This document shows positions 12,636 through 25,609 of a DNA stretch of 64,000 nt, in pieces. A model generated the notes under the pieces. The model worked only from the letters and a program-made list of their open reading frames with translations, was not told where the DNA came from and did no database searches. The translations under genes were made by a program, and so were the position numbers. Every line of letters starts with the position of its first letter. Within the stretch, counting starts at the first letter, position 1. This DNA comes from Squalus acanthias (Eukaryota). The DNA lies in the NCBI GenBank assembly GCA_030390025.1, contig CM059432.1, forward strand, positions 140,742,001 through 140,806,000, written 5' to 3'.

Positions 12636-13443
12636 TGTAGGATAGAGTGTACTTGTAGGATTTAGTAAACATTATTAAGATTCTATAACCATTATTATGT
12701 AACTATAATATGTGAAATTGTATGTTAAAAACCTAAAATGCCTGTATAAAATGGCGAATGGCTGAGACCAAAGCAGGATGGGAAATTATGCCAACCTGAC
12801 TAAAAACCTCTGTTTTAAATGACTGAAGTAATGGAATGAGGTGCTGAATAAACATGGAGTCGGTCGGGGACATGGAGTTCGGTAACGTTATGGAAAAGAG
12901 AGAAGAGCTAGAGAAGAGAGAGAGGAGTTGGAGACATCCTTCATTTTGGAAACTGCAGAATAGACAAACTGTTTCGAAAACACCTCAAGGATGTTCTGTA
13001 AAGTGAAATTCTTAGATAAGGGTGTTTTGTTCTGCACAGAAAGTGGCCTAGTGGGACTAACGAGGTCATAAGATGATTGGCAAGGAGAGGAGGGACATTT
13101 ACTAGGTGTTAGAAAGCTAATTACTGCCACGTAGGCAAAATAAGGGAAAAAGGGTATAAAAATGCAGATATTGAACACCGAAAGCAGCGCGAAGCCAGAG
13201 GAGGAAGAAGAAGCTTCAGTCAACAGAATACAGCAAGCGAATAAAGAGACCACGCCACAGTCACTCGGAAGGAACGCCGGGGTTCGATGAACAGACTGCG
13301 ACTATCTTCTTGTTAAGTATTATTTCTTTGTACTGGATGTTTAATGCTTAATAAACCTGTTTTACTGATACACAATATACCTGGACCCAGAGTGGTTTGT
13401 GTAGTCACAGACCAATTATTCTAAAGAGCTATTAAAAGCTACA
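12636..13443 (+). mobile_element. Solo LTR (808 bp)
   Basis: TGTAG...CTACA termini; 4-bp TSD CAAG (12632-35 / 13444-47); TATAAAA ~13155 and AATAAA ~13350. Confidence 0.85.
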
Positions 13444-13508
13444 CAAGTGACTAGTTTACAATGGGGGAGGAGAGGGGAGGGAAATCAAGGCTAAGGAGCA
13501 GTCATCTG

Positions 13509-14198
13509 GGGGTAGAATTTCAGCTTTGGGCACAATCGGCGATTCCAGCTCAAACTCGATTTGCATATCACCGAATGCAAAATCTGCCATGAACCAGCGC
13601 AATTGGGCAGCGTTTTAAAACGTAACTTTTGAACAAAATTTTGCTTTAAAAAATATTCCTTGATATTTTGAAGGATGGTAACTTACTAAAGTTTGATTAA
13701 AACAGCTGAATATGGGTTTAACACAAAAAAAATAAGCATTTTAAGTCAGTGCCAATCCACCACCTGTGAGTTACCTGATTTTAAATGACTTTTAACAAAA
13801 TACACAAAACTATTTTCCAGTTAGATTGGGGTACAGTCATGGGTTCCTTAGTAATTAAAAAAAAATCATTCAAAACTTTTCAAAATGTGCCTATTAGTGT
13901 CCTTGTGCCCAAAAGAACCAGCTTAATTTTTGGAGCCTCCTCGAAGGCCCACAAACGAGCGCAATTAGCGGAAACTCGCCATGGTGATTAATTCACCCTG
14001 GGGGTGTGGCCAGTTTTGTGGGCGGGGCCGGCTTCTAGCGCGATGTTTTTAAAACTAGTGCAAAAGATCGCGGAAACTCGAGCAGCGCTAAACGCAATTT
14101 GCGCTTAAAATTCCGTGATCTTTTGCACCGGATATGCCGATATCGGGGGGGTTGGGGGGGGGCGGGGAAACAGGGGAAGCGAGCGGAAACTCCAGTCC
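13509..14198. mobile_element. Harbinger-like MITE (degenerate TIRs)
   Basis: GGGGTAGAATTTC ... GAAACTCCAGTCC, flanked by CTG on both sides; CpG-rich ends, AT-rich centre. Confidence 0.55.
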
Positions 14199-14657
14199 CT
14201 GATAGCCACACACATCTGTTCCAACTCTGAATAATCCCCAGGGTCAGGACCGAATTCTCTATGAAACAGCAGCATCCAGATTAAACAATGAACTTCTTTA
14301 GTTACAATTAATTTAAAAAATGAAGCCAGAAAATTGACAAATGCTTAAATTATATTAGTTAGCACTGATTGCCCTCACCCTCACTCCCAACAGAGAGTGG
14401 TGGATTGAGCAAAATCACAGGTGTAGAAACACACATCCAGCAGAAGCTGAGCAATTTTATGGGTAAGTTGATTTCTCTGCCCTGCCCCCCCCACCAAAGC
14501 CTGTCCTTGTCTAGGTGATATGACCAATTCTAGCCCCCTCCTACCCAACTAACTTGGCACAGACTAGAGATCAAACAAACCTTGGGGCTTCCTAGTCCAC
14601 GTGGCTTTACTAACACTCTGGGCTGTGCATCTCACAATGAGGAGCTTGAACTGCTCA

Positions 14658-14830
14658 TTTAGTTTAACGTCTCATCCGAAAGACGGCACCTCTGACAGTG
14701 CAGCACTCCCTCAGTACTGCACTGGGAGTGCCAGCCTGCATTTATGTGCTCAAGTCTCTGGAGTGGGACTCGAACCCACAACCTTCAGACTCAGAGGCAG
14801 AGAGTGTTCCCCACTGAGCCACAGCTGACA
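14658..14830 (-). mobile_element. SacSINE1-like SINE 5' fragment
   Basis: Reverse complement of the head seen at 24972. Confidence 0.8.
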
Positions 14831-15429
14831 CCGTTAGGATTCATTGTCCATTCACAGGTTGTTACAGTCTAAATGACAAAATTATATAAACGTTGGTTCC
14901 TTTTCAGTGCGCAGCACTGGCGAATGAGTCATACGGTTACAGGTTGCTCGTCACAGCTTTGAGTGGATACAAAAGGGAACAATCTCCAGTACACTAATGG
15001 CAGTGTGTAACAGCGGGGGTGGAACTTTTATCCTGATTTACTTTTCTCAATAGGTTTCCTGGCGGAGCGCGGAACATAATCTACAGCGAGAATAAAAAGC
15101 AGTTCATTCAAACACAGGCAAGTAGCTAAGTCATTTACCCTACAGAAATGGACCACCTGCTGTTTGATAGCAAGAATCGGACAGTTGCCATCACGGAACA
15201 GATAAGTGCAATAAGCAAGAGGATGGAGAAAACATACAGTATGAATAAACTGACACTGCTGTCACCCCAGCAGCTTCTGCCTGCGGCCAGAGACTCTAAT
15301 GAGGACACTGTGAACAACCACTGGCCAGTTTCCATAGTACCATGGAATGGCAGAAGTTTCAAGTTTTATTTTGGAAGCTGTGCTTGGAATCAGCAATCAC
15401 CACAATACAATCGGAAAAAAACAAGATGT

Positions 15430-15890
15430 AGGGGTTTTTGATCGAGTAAATAAGGAGAAACTATTTCCACTGGCAGGAGGGTCGGTAACCAGAGGACACA
15501 TTTAAGGCAATTGGCAAAGGAACCAGAGAGAAGCTGAGGATTTTTTTTTTTATGCAGCGAGTTGTTGTGATCTGGAATGCGCTGCCAGAAAGGGCGACGA
15601 AAGCAGATCCAACAGAAAGAAAGAAAGAAAGACTTGCATTTATATAGCGCCTTTCACGACTACCGGACATCTCAAAGCACTTCACAGCCAAGGAAATTCT
15701 TTTGGCGTGTAGTCACTGTTGTAATAGCAACTCTTAAAAGAGAATTGGATAAATACTTGAAGGGGAGAAATTTGCTGGGCTGTGGGGGAAAGTGCAGGGG
15801 GGAGTGGGACTAATTGGATCGCTCCTTCAAAGAGCCGGCACAGGCACGATGGGCCGAATGGCCTCCTTCTGTGCTGTATGATTCTATGAA
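15430..15890 (+). mobile_element. CR1 3' fragment with a nested minus-strand SINE tail (~15613-15723)
   Basis: WNALP-encoding region and GGCCGAATGGCC tail. Confidence 0.8.
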
Positions 15891-16132
15891 GATATCCCGG
15901 TACAATTCAGCTGTAATAATTAAAAATTACTGCCTTAACTACCAAAAATAAGTTACTTCCTGCATGCAAATACATGTTTTTTTCCCCTAATTGACACGGG
16001 GAACAAAACAAAACGGTATTCGATATTCTCCACCTTGGCTTTGAACGGATTGTAAAATAATTTAACAAATCTCAAAAGGAGTGAAATTGCTCTTAGTTCA
16101 TTTCCATTGAATGAATGTAAAAAAATACTTAC

Positions 16133-16176
16133 CAGAATTCACAGCTTTATTCTCTGTGCTTTCTGGAAACTTAGTT
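16133..16176 (-). CDS. Candidate 44-nt host-gene exon (R-TKFPESTENKAVNS)
   Basis: ttttag|AACTAAG...TTCTG|gtaagta in non-repetitive DNA; single open frame, phase-compatible with 23032-23080. Confidence 0.45.
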
Positions 16177-16271
16177 CTAAAAGTTACCCAGTAAAAACAG
16201 CACATGTAAGAATACTGCTCAACTAGTTAAACTAGTTAAACAGCTGCTTAACTGGGTGTAAGTAGCTCACT

Positions 16272-16515
16272 GTGGGCCAGAGGGTGGTGGGGGGTCTGGA
16301 ACTCACCGCCTGAAAGGGTGGTAGAGGCAGAAACCCTCGGCGCATTTAAAAAGTACTTGGATATGCACTTGGAGTTCCGTAACCTACAAGGCCACGGACC
16401 AAGAGCTGGAAAGTGGGATTAGGCTGGATGGCTCTTTGTCGGCAGGCACTGGCACGATGGGCCGAATGGCCTCCTTCTGTGCTGTAAATTTCTATGTTCC
16501 TATGATTCTATGATT
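16272..16515 (+). mobile_element. CR1 3' fragment
   Basis: RVVGVWNS-type region and TTCTATGA tail repeats. Confidence 0.8.
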
Positions 16516-16989
16516 CAATTTAGCCATTGAGAATACAGCAGAAGCAGAGTAACTATATCGCGAAGCATTGGCATAATGGCACATCATATTAAGCACAAAC
16601 ATCATATTAAGCACACTCGAACACTTCACTATTATTTCCATTGGATAGAACATAATTACTATTTACTTTTGAAATGAATAATTTCCACATAAACAGCATT
16701 ACTAAAGATTGGTTGTTTATATATATATATATATAAAAAGTTCCAGTGAAATATAACGGTACACTTAAATGAAGGAACTGCTCAATCAGAGACTGATGGT
16801 ACCACAGCACTTCCTGAAGTGACCTCTTAATATCTTCCTATGTTTATCTGATCCTCCTGTGTCATGGCTTCTTTCTGCTCTACTTCCACAAACATTCATC
16901 TTTTGACAGCATTACCTTTTCTTGCTTTTTCCAGGGCATATTTCTGAAATCTTTGAAGTTCAAAGTTGATGCAAAGTTTTACTGTGACT

Positions 16990-17806
16990 CTGTCAATTCT
17001 GACTCTTGTGCATCCCCGATTTCCATCGCTCCACCATTGGTGGAAGGCCTTCAGCTGCCTAGGCCCTAAACTCTGGAATTTCCTCCCTAAACCTTTCTAC
17101 CTCTCTCTCCTCCTTTAAGGCACTCCTTAAAACCTACCTTTTGGTCATCTGTCCGAATATCTCCTTATTTTTTAAAATTTGTTTATGGGATGTGGGCATT
17201 GCTGGCAAGGCCAGCATTTATTGCCCATCCCTAATTGCCCTTGAGAAAGTGGTCGTGAGCCGCCTTCTCGAACTGCTGCAGTCCGTGTGGTGAAGGTACT
17301 CCCACAGTGCTGTTAGGGAGGGAGTTCCAGGATTTTGACCCAGCGACGATGAAGGAACAGTGATATGCTTCTAAGTTAGGATGGTGTGTGACTTGGAGGG
17401 GAACTTGGAGGTGGTGGTGTTCCCATGGGCTTGCTGCCCTTGTCCTTCTAGGTGGAAGAGGTGGCGGGTTTGAGAGGTGCTGCCAAAGAAGCCTTGGCGA
17501 GTTGCTGCAGTGCATCTTGTAGATGGTACACACTGCAGCCACGGTATGCCGGTGGTGGAGGGAGTGAATGTTTAAGCTGGTGGATGGGGTGCCAATCAAG
17601 CGGGCTGCTTTGTCCTGGATGGTGTTGAGCTTCTTGAGTGTTGTTGGAGCTGCACTCATCCAGGCAAGTGGAGAGTATTCCATCACACTCCTGACTTGTG
17701 CCTTATGTAGCTTGGTGTCAAAGTTTGTTTGATAACGCTCCTGTGAAGCACCTTGTGATGTTTTATTACAATAAAGGTGCTATATAAATGCAAGTTGTTG
17801 TTGTTG
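16990..17806 (+). mobile_element. L2 3' fragment interrupted by a minus-strand Zenon-like LINE 3' fragment (~17170-17705)
   Basis: L2 tail as in 25610-26172; insert encodes MEYSPLAWMSAAPTTLKKL, matching 29990 onward. Confidence 0.8.
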
Positions 17807-18849
17807 AAAGAATAATTCTTTATTTTATCAAAGTCAACATTGACACCACTGTGTCAGCCAATGAGTCAGAGGCGGGGCGGGATTTACGGCAAACAGAGTC
17901 TATTTAAACAGAGTCTCTACGAACTACAGCAAACAGAACTCATGAAACTACAGCAAAGTCTCCCGATAAAAGGAAGGTTATTTCTCCAGCAAAATCCAGT
18001 GAGTGGAGGATAGTTACATAATATGAATTCTGTGCGTAAAATCAATCCCAGCCACTCACAGCAGTGATTGACGGGGGAAATTACCCAATCATCTCCATTT
18101 TGGCCAGGACTTGTGCTGTTACTATCGAGAAAATTTCAGTTAAGCACTTACATCTCCACAGATACTTCTTACACATTTGCATGTTTAGCAATCACTGTAT
18201 TCACAGAGGAGGAGGAGATGTTGTCCTGGCACAAGGACCTGGGTCCAGCCGAGGACCAAACAGATGGAACAGAGCACACATAGGGAGCAGACCGTCTAGT
18301 GTATGATTGGCGGGCGGTTACAGTTATATCTTCCAAAAGACACGAGGTGAAAAAATGGACATTGGCCAGAGCTCATGAAGGTTGTCGATCTATCTCACCC
18401 TATTACAGTCCCATTGCGCACAGGAGAGGGAACTTAGTTTCAATCTGCAGAGACCACAGGTACTCTTTTAGATACCGGCCTAGAAATTAGTTTGCGCCGG
18501 AATGGGTAGGCCTGAGACAAACCCGATATTGGGCCTCACTAACATCAGACGGCGAGCTGCAGACATGCTGGGCCTCCCCAGGCAGCTCGCCGGTGAAGAC
18601 CGCTGGAATTTTGAGCGGTGGCCGTGGTATTTCTTAAAGGGACGGGGAGGGGGCGTGATCGGAAGGGTGGGGGAAACCAGGAGAGGGTGGATCGGGCGAT
18701 CGGGAGGGTGGATCTGGATGGGGGCAATCGAGACAGTGGGGGTGGGGGGGGGGGGATGGAAATCAGGACGGGGGGCAGGAATTGTGTGATCTGGACCGGG
18801 GTGGGGGGGGGGGGGGGCATTGGGGGGTGGTGGTTGGGGGTGGATCAGG

Positions 18850-19115
18850 ATCCTACGCCACTATTTGGAAGAAGAGCAGGGGAGTTCTCCCTGGTGTCCT
18901 GGCCAATATTTATCCCTCAACCAACATAAAGCAAAAACAGATTATCTGGTCATTATCACATTGCTGTTTGTGGGACCTTGCTGTGCACCAATTGGCTGCC
19001 GTGTTGCCCACATTAGAATAGTGACTACACTTCAAAAGTACTTCATTGGCTATAAAGCACTTTGGGTCTTCCTGAGGTTGTGCAAGGCGCTATAGAAATG
19101 CGAGTTCGTTCGTTC
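18850..19115 (+). mobile_element. SacSINE1-like SINE 3' part
   Basis: Matches ~25180-25445. Confidence 0.8.
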
Positions 19116-19235
19116 GTTTTAATGCTCTTATTATATGATTAGCCTGACTCTAAACCTACATTTTATAATCCTAATAAAATAATTGTTCCTAAACAATACT
19201 GATAAGTAGGCTTGAATTTTCCAAGAGGATTAAAA

Positions 19236-19702
19236 GAAAGAGAAAGACTTGCATTTATATAGCGCCTTTCACGACTACCAGACGTCCCAAAAGCACTTTC
19301 CAGCCAATGAAGTACTTTTTGAAATGTAGTCACTGTTGCAATGTAGGAAATGCGGCAGCCAATTTGCACACAGCAAGCTCCCGCAAACAGCAATGTGATA
19401 ATGACCAGATAATCTATTTTAGATGTTGAGTGAAGGATAAATATTGGCCAGGATACCAGGGATAACTCCCTTGCTCTTCTTCGAAATATTGCCATGGGAT
19501 CTTTTACATCCACCTGAGAGAGCAGACAGGCCTGTGGTTTAAACACCTCATCTGAAATACAGCACCTCCAATAGTGCAGCACTCCCTCAGCACTGCACTG
19601 GAGTGTCAACCTAGATTTTTGTGCTCAAGTCTCTAGAGTGAGATTTGAACTCATAACCTTCTCACTCAAGAGGCAAGAGTGCTATCCATTGAGCCAAAGC
19701 TG
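19236..19702 (-). mobile_element. SacSINE1-like SINE, near full length
   Basis: Reverse complement of 24972-25447. Confidence 0.85.
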
Positions 19703-20152
19703 AAATGCAAACCTCACCCAACTAGAATCTCTCTTTTAGATACACACAGTCTTTCCTTTGTGTGAATGTTTCTGGGGCACAGCTTCAGGTGATTTGAAGT
19801 CCCAGTTGTATTATACATGCTTGGCGTTGCGACAGGATGACCATTCACACTGCCAAACGGGCAGTAAAACGCCGCTGAATATTTAATAATTCACTTGGTA
19901 GGCATCGATCGTGAGGCCAGCTGGCATGATGCTCTTGCAGCATAGCAGATGTGTACATCTATAGGTGGTGCACAGCCAACTTTTTAAACTTTAAAGTTTG
20001 ATGGAAACTAGTGCACAACCTGTGGCATTGCTCATTGTCCAATGCTGTATTCTCTCCCTCATTGACACACTGCGCCTCTCCCTGCTGTTCTACACCCTGC
20101 TCCCTTCTCTATCTGCCCAGTCTTACCTCTGCTCTCTCCCTGTTGATGTTTA

Positions 20153-21683
20153 ATAAGAACATAAGAACATAAGAAATAGGAGCAGGAGTAGGCCAATCGG
20201 CCCTTCGAGCCTGCTCCGCCATTCAATAAGATCATGGCTGATCTGATCCTCACCTCAAATCTAAAGAACACAAGAAGTAGGAGCAGGACCCGGCCACTCA
20301 GCCCCTGGGCCCGCAACGCCACCTACAGGGCCTCGACCGATCCGAACTCAGCCTCATGTCCAATTTCCTGCCCGCTCCCCGTAACCCCTAATTCCCTTTA
20401 CTTCTAGGAAACTGTCTATTTCTGTTTTAAATTTATTTAATGATGTAGCTTCCACAGCTTCCTGGGGCAGCAAATTCCACAGACCTACTACCCTCTGAGT
20501 GAAGAAGTTTCTCCTCATCTCAGTTTTGAAAGAGCAGCCCTTTATTCTAAGATTATGCCCCCTAGTTCTAGTTTCACCCATCCTTGGGAACATCCTTACC
20601 GCATCCACCCGATCAAGCCCTTTCACAATCTTATATGTTTCAATAAGATCGCCTCTCACTCTTCTGAACTCCAATGAGTAGAGTCCCAATCTACTCAACC
20701 TCTCCTCATATGTCAACCCCCTCATCCCGGGGACCAACCGAGTGAACCTTCTTTGCACTGCCTCAAGAGCAAGTATGTCTTTTCTTAAGTATGGACACCA
20801 AAACTGTATGCAGTATTCCAGATGTGGTCTCACCAATACCTTATATAACTGCAGCAATACCTCCCTGTTTTTATAATCCATCCCCCTAGCAATAAAAGCC
20901 AACATTCCGTTGGCCTTCTTGATCACCTGCTGCACCTGCATACTAACTTTTTGATTTTCTTGCACTAGGACCCCCAGATCCCTTTGTACTGCAGTACTTT
21001 CCAGTTTCTCGCCATTAAGATAATAACTTGCTCTCTGATTTTTCCTGCCAAAGTGCATAACCTCACATTTTCCAATATTGTATTGCATCTGCCAAATCTC
21101 CGCCCACTCACCCAGCTTGTCTATATCCCCTTGTAGGTTTTTTATGTCCTCCTCACTTTCTACTTTCCCTCCCATCTTTGTATCATCTGCAAACTTTGAT
21201 ATGTTACACTCTGTCCCCTCCTCCAAATCGTTAATATAGATTGTAAAGAGTTGGGGACCCAGCACCGACCCCTGCGGAACACCACTGGCTACTGGTTGCC
21301 AGTCCGAGAATGAACCATTTATCCCAACTCTCTGCTTCCTGTTAGATAACCAATCCTCCACCCATGCCAGAATATTCCCCCCAATCCAGTGATTTTTTAT
21401 CTTGAGCAATAATCTTTTATGTGGCACCTTGTCGAATGCCTTCTGGAAGTCTAAATACACTACGTCCATTGGTTCCCCTTTATCCACCCTGTACGTTATG
21501 TCCTCAAAGAACTCAAGCAAATTTGTCAGACATGACTTCCCCTTCATAAAGCCATGCTGACTATGTCCTATTAAATTATGTTTATCTAAATGTTCCGTTA
21601 CTGTCTCCTTAATAATAGACTCCAAAATTTTACCCACCACAGATGTTAGACTAACTGGTCTATAATTTCCAGCCTTCTGCCTA
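20153..21683 (-). mobile_element. Young 5'-truncated CR1 with an uninterrupted RT reading frame and doubled 3'UTR
   Basis: ORF 20354-21700 (NYRPVSLTS...FADD...GNWT) has no stops. Confidence 0.95.
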
Positions 21684-21721
21684 TTTCTTGGTCTCTTCAT
21701 TGTCGTCTCTGTACAATAACA

Positions 21722-21995
21722 CAGATTTAAGATAATTGCCCAAAAATCCAGCGGGGAAATAAGGAGATTTTATTTTATGCGGTGAGTTTTTGTGATCTGT
21801 AATGCATTGCCTGAAAGGGTGGTGGAAGCAGATTCAATAGTAACTTCCAAAAAGGAATTGGATAAATACTTGAAATCGAAAAATTTGCAGGGCTATGGGG
21901 AAAGAGCAGGGGAGTGGGACAAATTGGTTAGCTCAAAGAGCTGGCACAGGCACGATGGGCCGAATGGCCTCCTTCTGTGCTGTATGATTCGATGA
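21722..21995 (+). mobile_element. CR1 3' fragment
   Basis: NALPERVVEADS...GEWD. Confidence 0.8.
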
Positions 21996-22060
21996 TAATA
22001 ACCCAACCTCTAAAATCAACAGCACCTATTCTACCATGACATCATAATTGAAGGGTCATT

Positions 22061-22687
22061 AATGATGTCACAGTAAGGCCACCAATGATGTCACAGTAAG
22101 GCCACAAATTATGTCACAGTAAGACCAACAATGATGTCACAGTACTACCAATAATGATGTCACAGAAAGACTACCAATGATGTCACAGTAAGACCAGCAA
22201 TGATGTCACAGTAAGACCAACAATTATGTCACAGTAAGACCAGCAATGATGTCACAGTAAGGCCACCAATGAGGTCACAGTAAAACCAACAATGATGTCA
22301 CAGTGCCACCAATAATGATGTCATAGAAAGACCACCAATGATATCACAGAAAGATCACCAATGATGTCACAGTAAGACCAACAATTATGTCACAGTAAGA
22401 CCAACAATGATGTCACAATACTACCAGCAATGATGTCACAGTAAGGCCACCAATGATGTCACAGTAAGACCAACAATTATGTCACAGTAAGACCAACAAT
22501 GATGTCACAGTACTACCAGCAATGATGTCACAGTAAGGCCACCAATGATGTCACAGTAAGACCAACAATGATGTCACAGTACTACCAGCAATGGTGTCAC
22601 AGTAGGACCAGCAATGATGTCACTGTAAGACCAGCAATTATGTCACAGTAAGGCCACCAATAAGGTCACAATAAAACCACCAATGAG
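22061..22687. repeat. 23-bp minisatellite, 27 units (AATGATGTCACAGTAAGACCAAC)
   Basis: Unit starts at 22061, 22084 ... 22682 in 23-bp register. Confidence 0.95.
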
Positions 22688-23031
22688 GCAGGAGCAGCGG
22701 TCATTTTCCTGGAAACACACAGAGGTTGGCTCCTAATCATAGGGAAATCTGACAAAGAGAACTTACATATTAACGCTGACATTTATTATGCATTTAGGTA
22801 GGGTTTTGTAGGTAGGTTTTCATTAGGCAAGGGTATTAAGGGTTAGGGGACCAAGGCAGGTAAATGGAGTTAAGATACAGATCAGCCAGGATCTAATTGA
22901 ATGACAGAACAGGCTCGAGGGGCTGAATGGCCTTCTGCTGTTCCTATGCTCCTTAGGTTCAATGATACTGAATTTTAGATTGATAAGTATTTGCACATGT
23001 TGTTGCCATTACCTTATAAACTGAAACTTAC

Positions 23032-23080
23032 CGAATCCCCACCCCATCCAGCTTGCCCTTACTGGCATTAGACCAAATTC
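23032..23080 (-). CDS. Candidate 49-nt host-gene exon (G-IWSNASKGKLDGVGI-R)
   Basis: tttttgattgacag|GAATTTGG...ATTCG|gtaagtt in non-repetitive DNA. Confidence 0.45.
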
Positions 23081-24097
23081 CTGTCAATCAAAAATGGAAC
23101 CAAACAGTGATTAAAATTGACCAATGAGATTGCTAGAAAGTGGCACATACAGCACAGTGACTAGATTAGTATTGACCAATGAGATTGCTAGAAAACGACA
23201 TTAACAGTTGGAATGATTACTGTTGGCCAATAAACTGGTTCAAGGTAAAAAGTATTGTTTTTATTAATTTAGATAAGCTAACTATCCTGATAGCTGTTTT
23301 ATAAATCAAACACTTTACTGGTCATTGGTGCTGATGTGCAGTGCCCTGTGCATGCAGCTAAGCATACTTGGCTGAAGCTGTACTTTCCTTGACTTACAAA
23401 AGGCACACATGAGCAAAACTGGGGCATAGATCACGACTGACATCATCCGAACACATGCCAATGAATGGAGCGATTCAGCTCTGACCAGTTTCCGAATTCA
23501 CCCATTCACCTCTATTGGAAAACTCGGGATACTGAGAAGCATTCAGTGCTGATTTTTACAGCCCTGTTATGACCCCCTGGGAGCTAATCCATTCAGCAAC
23601 ACGCCCTCTGAACTGGGAAGGAAGAGTTTAGCCTCCAACGCTGCGACAATCAAGTCCTATTGTTTCATCAGCATGAGCATGTTTTAAAAACAGTCAGGCA
23701 AACACATGCTGGCTGAAAGGTCTCCAGATCCCACTGGCTGCCACTCCAGGATTGACAGTAGGCCATGGATTTCAGTGGTGGTGAGAACAATCCAAGTTTA
23801 TAACCTGTTTGTGCATTTGCTACTGAGGCAGTGTTCCTTTGGCAGTGCTGTCCCCAAAGTTGCAGTTCTAAGTATTAAAAGTAGAATTTTCACTTTGCTT
23901 AAGGAGATGCTACATTGTGCTAATCATGTGAGCTTTTAAGTACATAACAATTTGGAATCGGTAAAGTAGCTGGGATCATTCCGCCAGTAGTACAGGGTCT
24001 GTATGTACAAATAGATCACCGTTCAGCCTCATTAGCATCATTAATCTGGATTAAACGCAGGCACTCAACCTACATTTTGGGCCATCCTTCAAGTGAG

Positions 24098-24716
24098 CTG
24101 TTAAACCGAGGCCCCGTCCGCCCTCTCAGGTGGGTGTAAACGATCCCATATCATTATTTCGAAGAAGAGCAAGGCATTTCTCCCCGCTGTCCCGGCCAAT
24201 ATTTATTCCTCAACCAACATCACTAACAAACAGATTATCTGGTCATTATCACATTGCTGTTCGTGGGACCTTGCTGTGCGCAAATTGGCTGCTACGTTTC
24301 CCACATTACGTGGGTTTCCTCCGGGTGCTCCGGTTTCCTCCCACAGTCCAAAAATGTGCAGGTTAGGTTGATTTGGCTATGATAAATTGACCCTTAGTGT
24401 TAGGGGGGGATTAAATATGTGGGGTTATGGGGATAGGGTGGGATATGTTAGGGGGAATTAAATACGTGGGGTTACGGGGGTAGGGTGGGATATGTGTACT
24501 GTGGGGATTAAAGCAGGGACAGGGTACTGGATTTGGATGATCAGCCATGATCGTATTGAATGGTGGAGCAGGCTCGACGGGCCGAATGGCCTACTCCTGC
24601 TCCTAGATTCTATGTTTCTATGTTTCTATTACAGCAGTGACGACACTTCAAAAGTACTTCATTGGCTGTAAAGCGCTTTGGGACGTCCTGAGGTTGTGAC
24701 AGGCGCTATAGAAATG
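24098..24716 (+). mobile_element. SacSINE1-like SINE with a nested 5'-truncated HE1-like V-SINE (24310-24627)
   Basis: V-domain GGGTTTCCTCCGGGTGCTCCGGTTTCCTCCCAC plus CR1 tail; ATTAC duplicated at 24305-09 / 24628-32. Confidence 0.85.
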
Positions 24717-24971
24717 TTCTTTTGAGTTACAGCACAGGACAATATCAAAGCCTGCAGTCCTTAACATGTTTTGGAATCAGTTACTATATTATCTTCATAG
24801 AAAAGTTTTTGTGTGAGATCACATTTTTGAATCTGTCCAAAATAAACTGTGCCAGCGTCCACCCCACCATACTGGATGCTGTACTCCAGACTGTTTACAC
24901 ACAGGAAGGCATGCCGCACAGCTCAGATTCCTAACTGCAATGCACTGTTAAATGCAGATAAGATCCACTAC

Positions 24972-25447
24972 GTGTCAGCCGTGGCTCAGTTGGTAGCGCT
25001 CTTGCCTCTGCGTCAGAAGGTTGTGGGTTCATAGCCCCACTCCAGGGACTTGAGCACAGAAATCTGGGCTGACACTCCACTGCAGTGCTGACGGAGTGCA
25101 GCACTGTCGGAGGTGCCGTCTTTTGGATGAGACGTTTGAACCGAGGCCCCGTCTGCTCTCTCGGGTGGACGTAAAAGATCCCATGGCACTATTTCAAAGA
25201 AGAGCAGGGGGAGTTCTCCCCCAGTGTCCTGGCCAATATTTATCCCTCAATCGACATCACTAAAAACAGATTATCTGGTCATTATCACATTGCTGTTTGT
25301 GGGAGCTTGCTGTGCGCAAATTGGCTGCCGCGTTTCCTACATTACAACAGTGACTCCACTTCAAAAAGTACTTCATTGGCTGTAAAGTGCTTTGGGATGT
25401 CCGGGGGTCGTGAAAGGCGCTATATAAATGCAAGTCTTTCTTTCTTT
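24972..25447 (+). mobile_element. Full-length SacSINE1-like DeuSINE
   Basis: A box TGGCTCAGTTGG, B-box-like GGTTCATAGCC, Deu-type core, GGCGCTATATAAATGCAAGT(CTTT)n tail. Confidence 0.88.
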
Positions 25448-25609
25448 CTCAGAGAAAGTGTCAGCAAGCAAGAAATTATATTGAAATTAGAATTGGAAGG
25501 CGTGTTAAAAGTTGATTTTGAGACGCGGTGACTTGTGAAGTGACGATCTGGAAAGGTCTGATGTCCTGTTCTTTCTGAACAACACCACTGCAGAAAATGT
25601 TAGTAAATA

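Noticed and set aside
18477..18845. G-quadruplex regulatory element or gene
   Set aside because: Begins with a Harbinger-like end (GGCCTAGAAATT); the G-runs look like low-complexity interior of a truncated MITE
22061..22687. CRISPR-like array
   Set aside because: Contiguous 23-bp units with no unique spacers, no cas genes, vertebrate context
24972..25050. tRNA genes (also ~11595, ~27400, ~49591, ~57431)
   Set aside because: These are tRNA-derived SINE heads followed by SINE cores and LINE tails; no convincing cloverleaf
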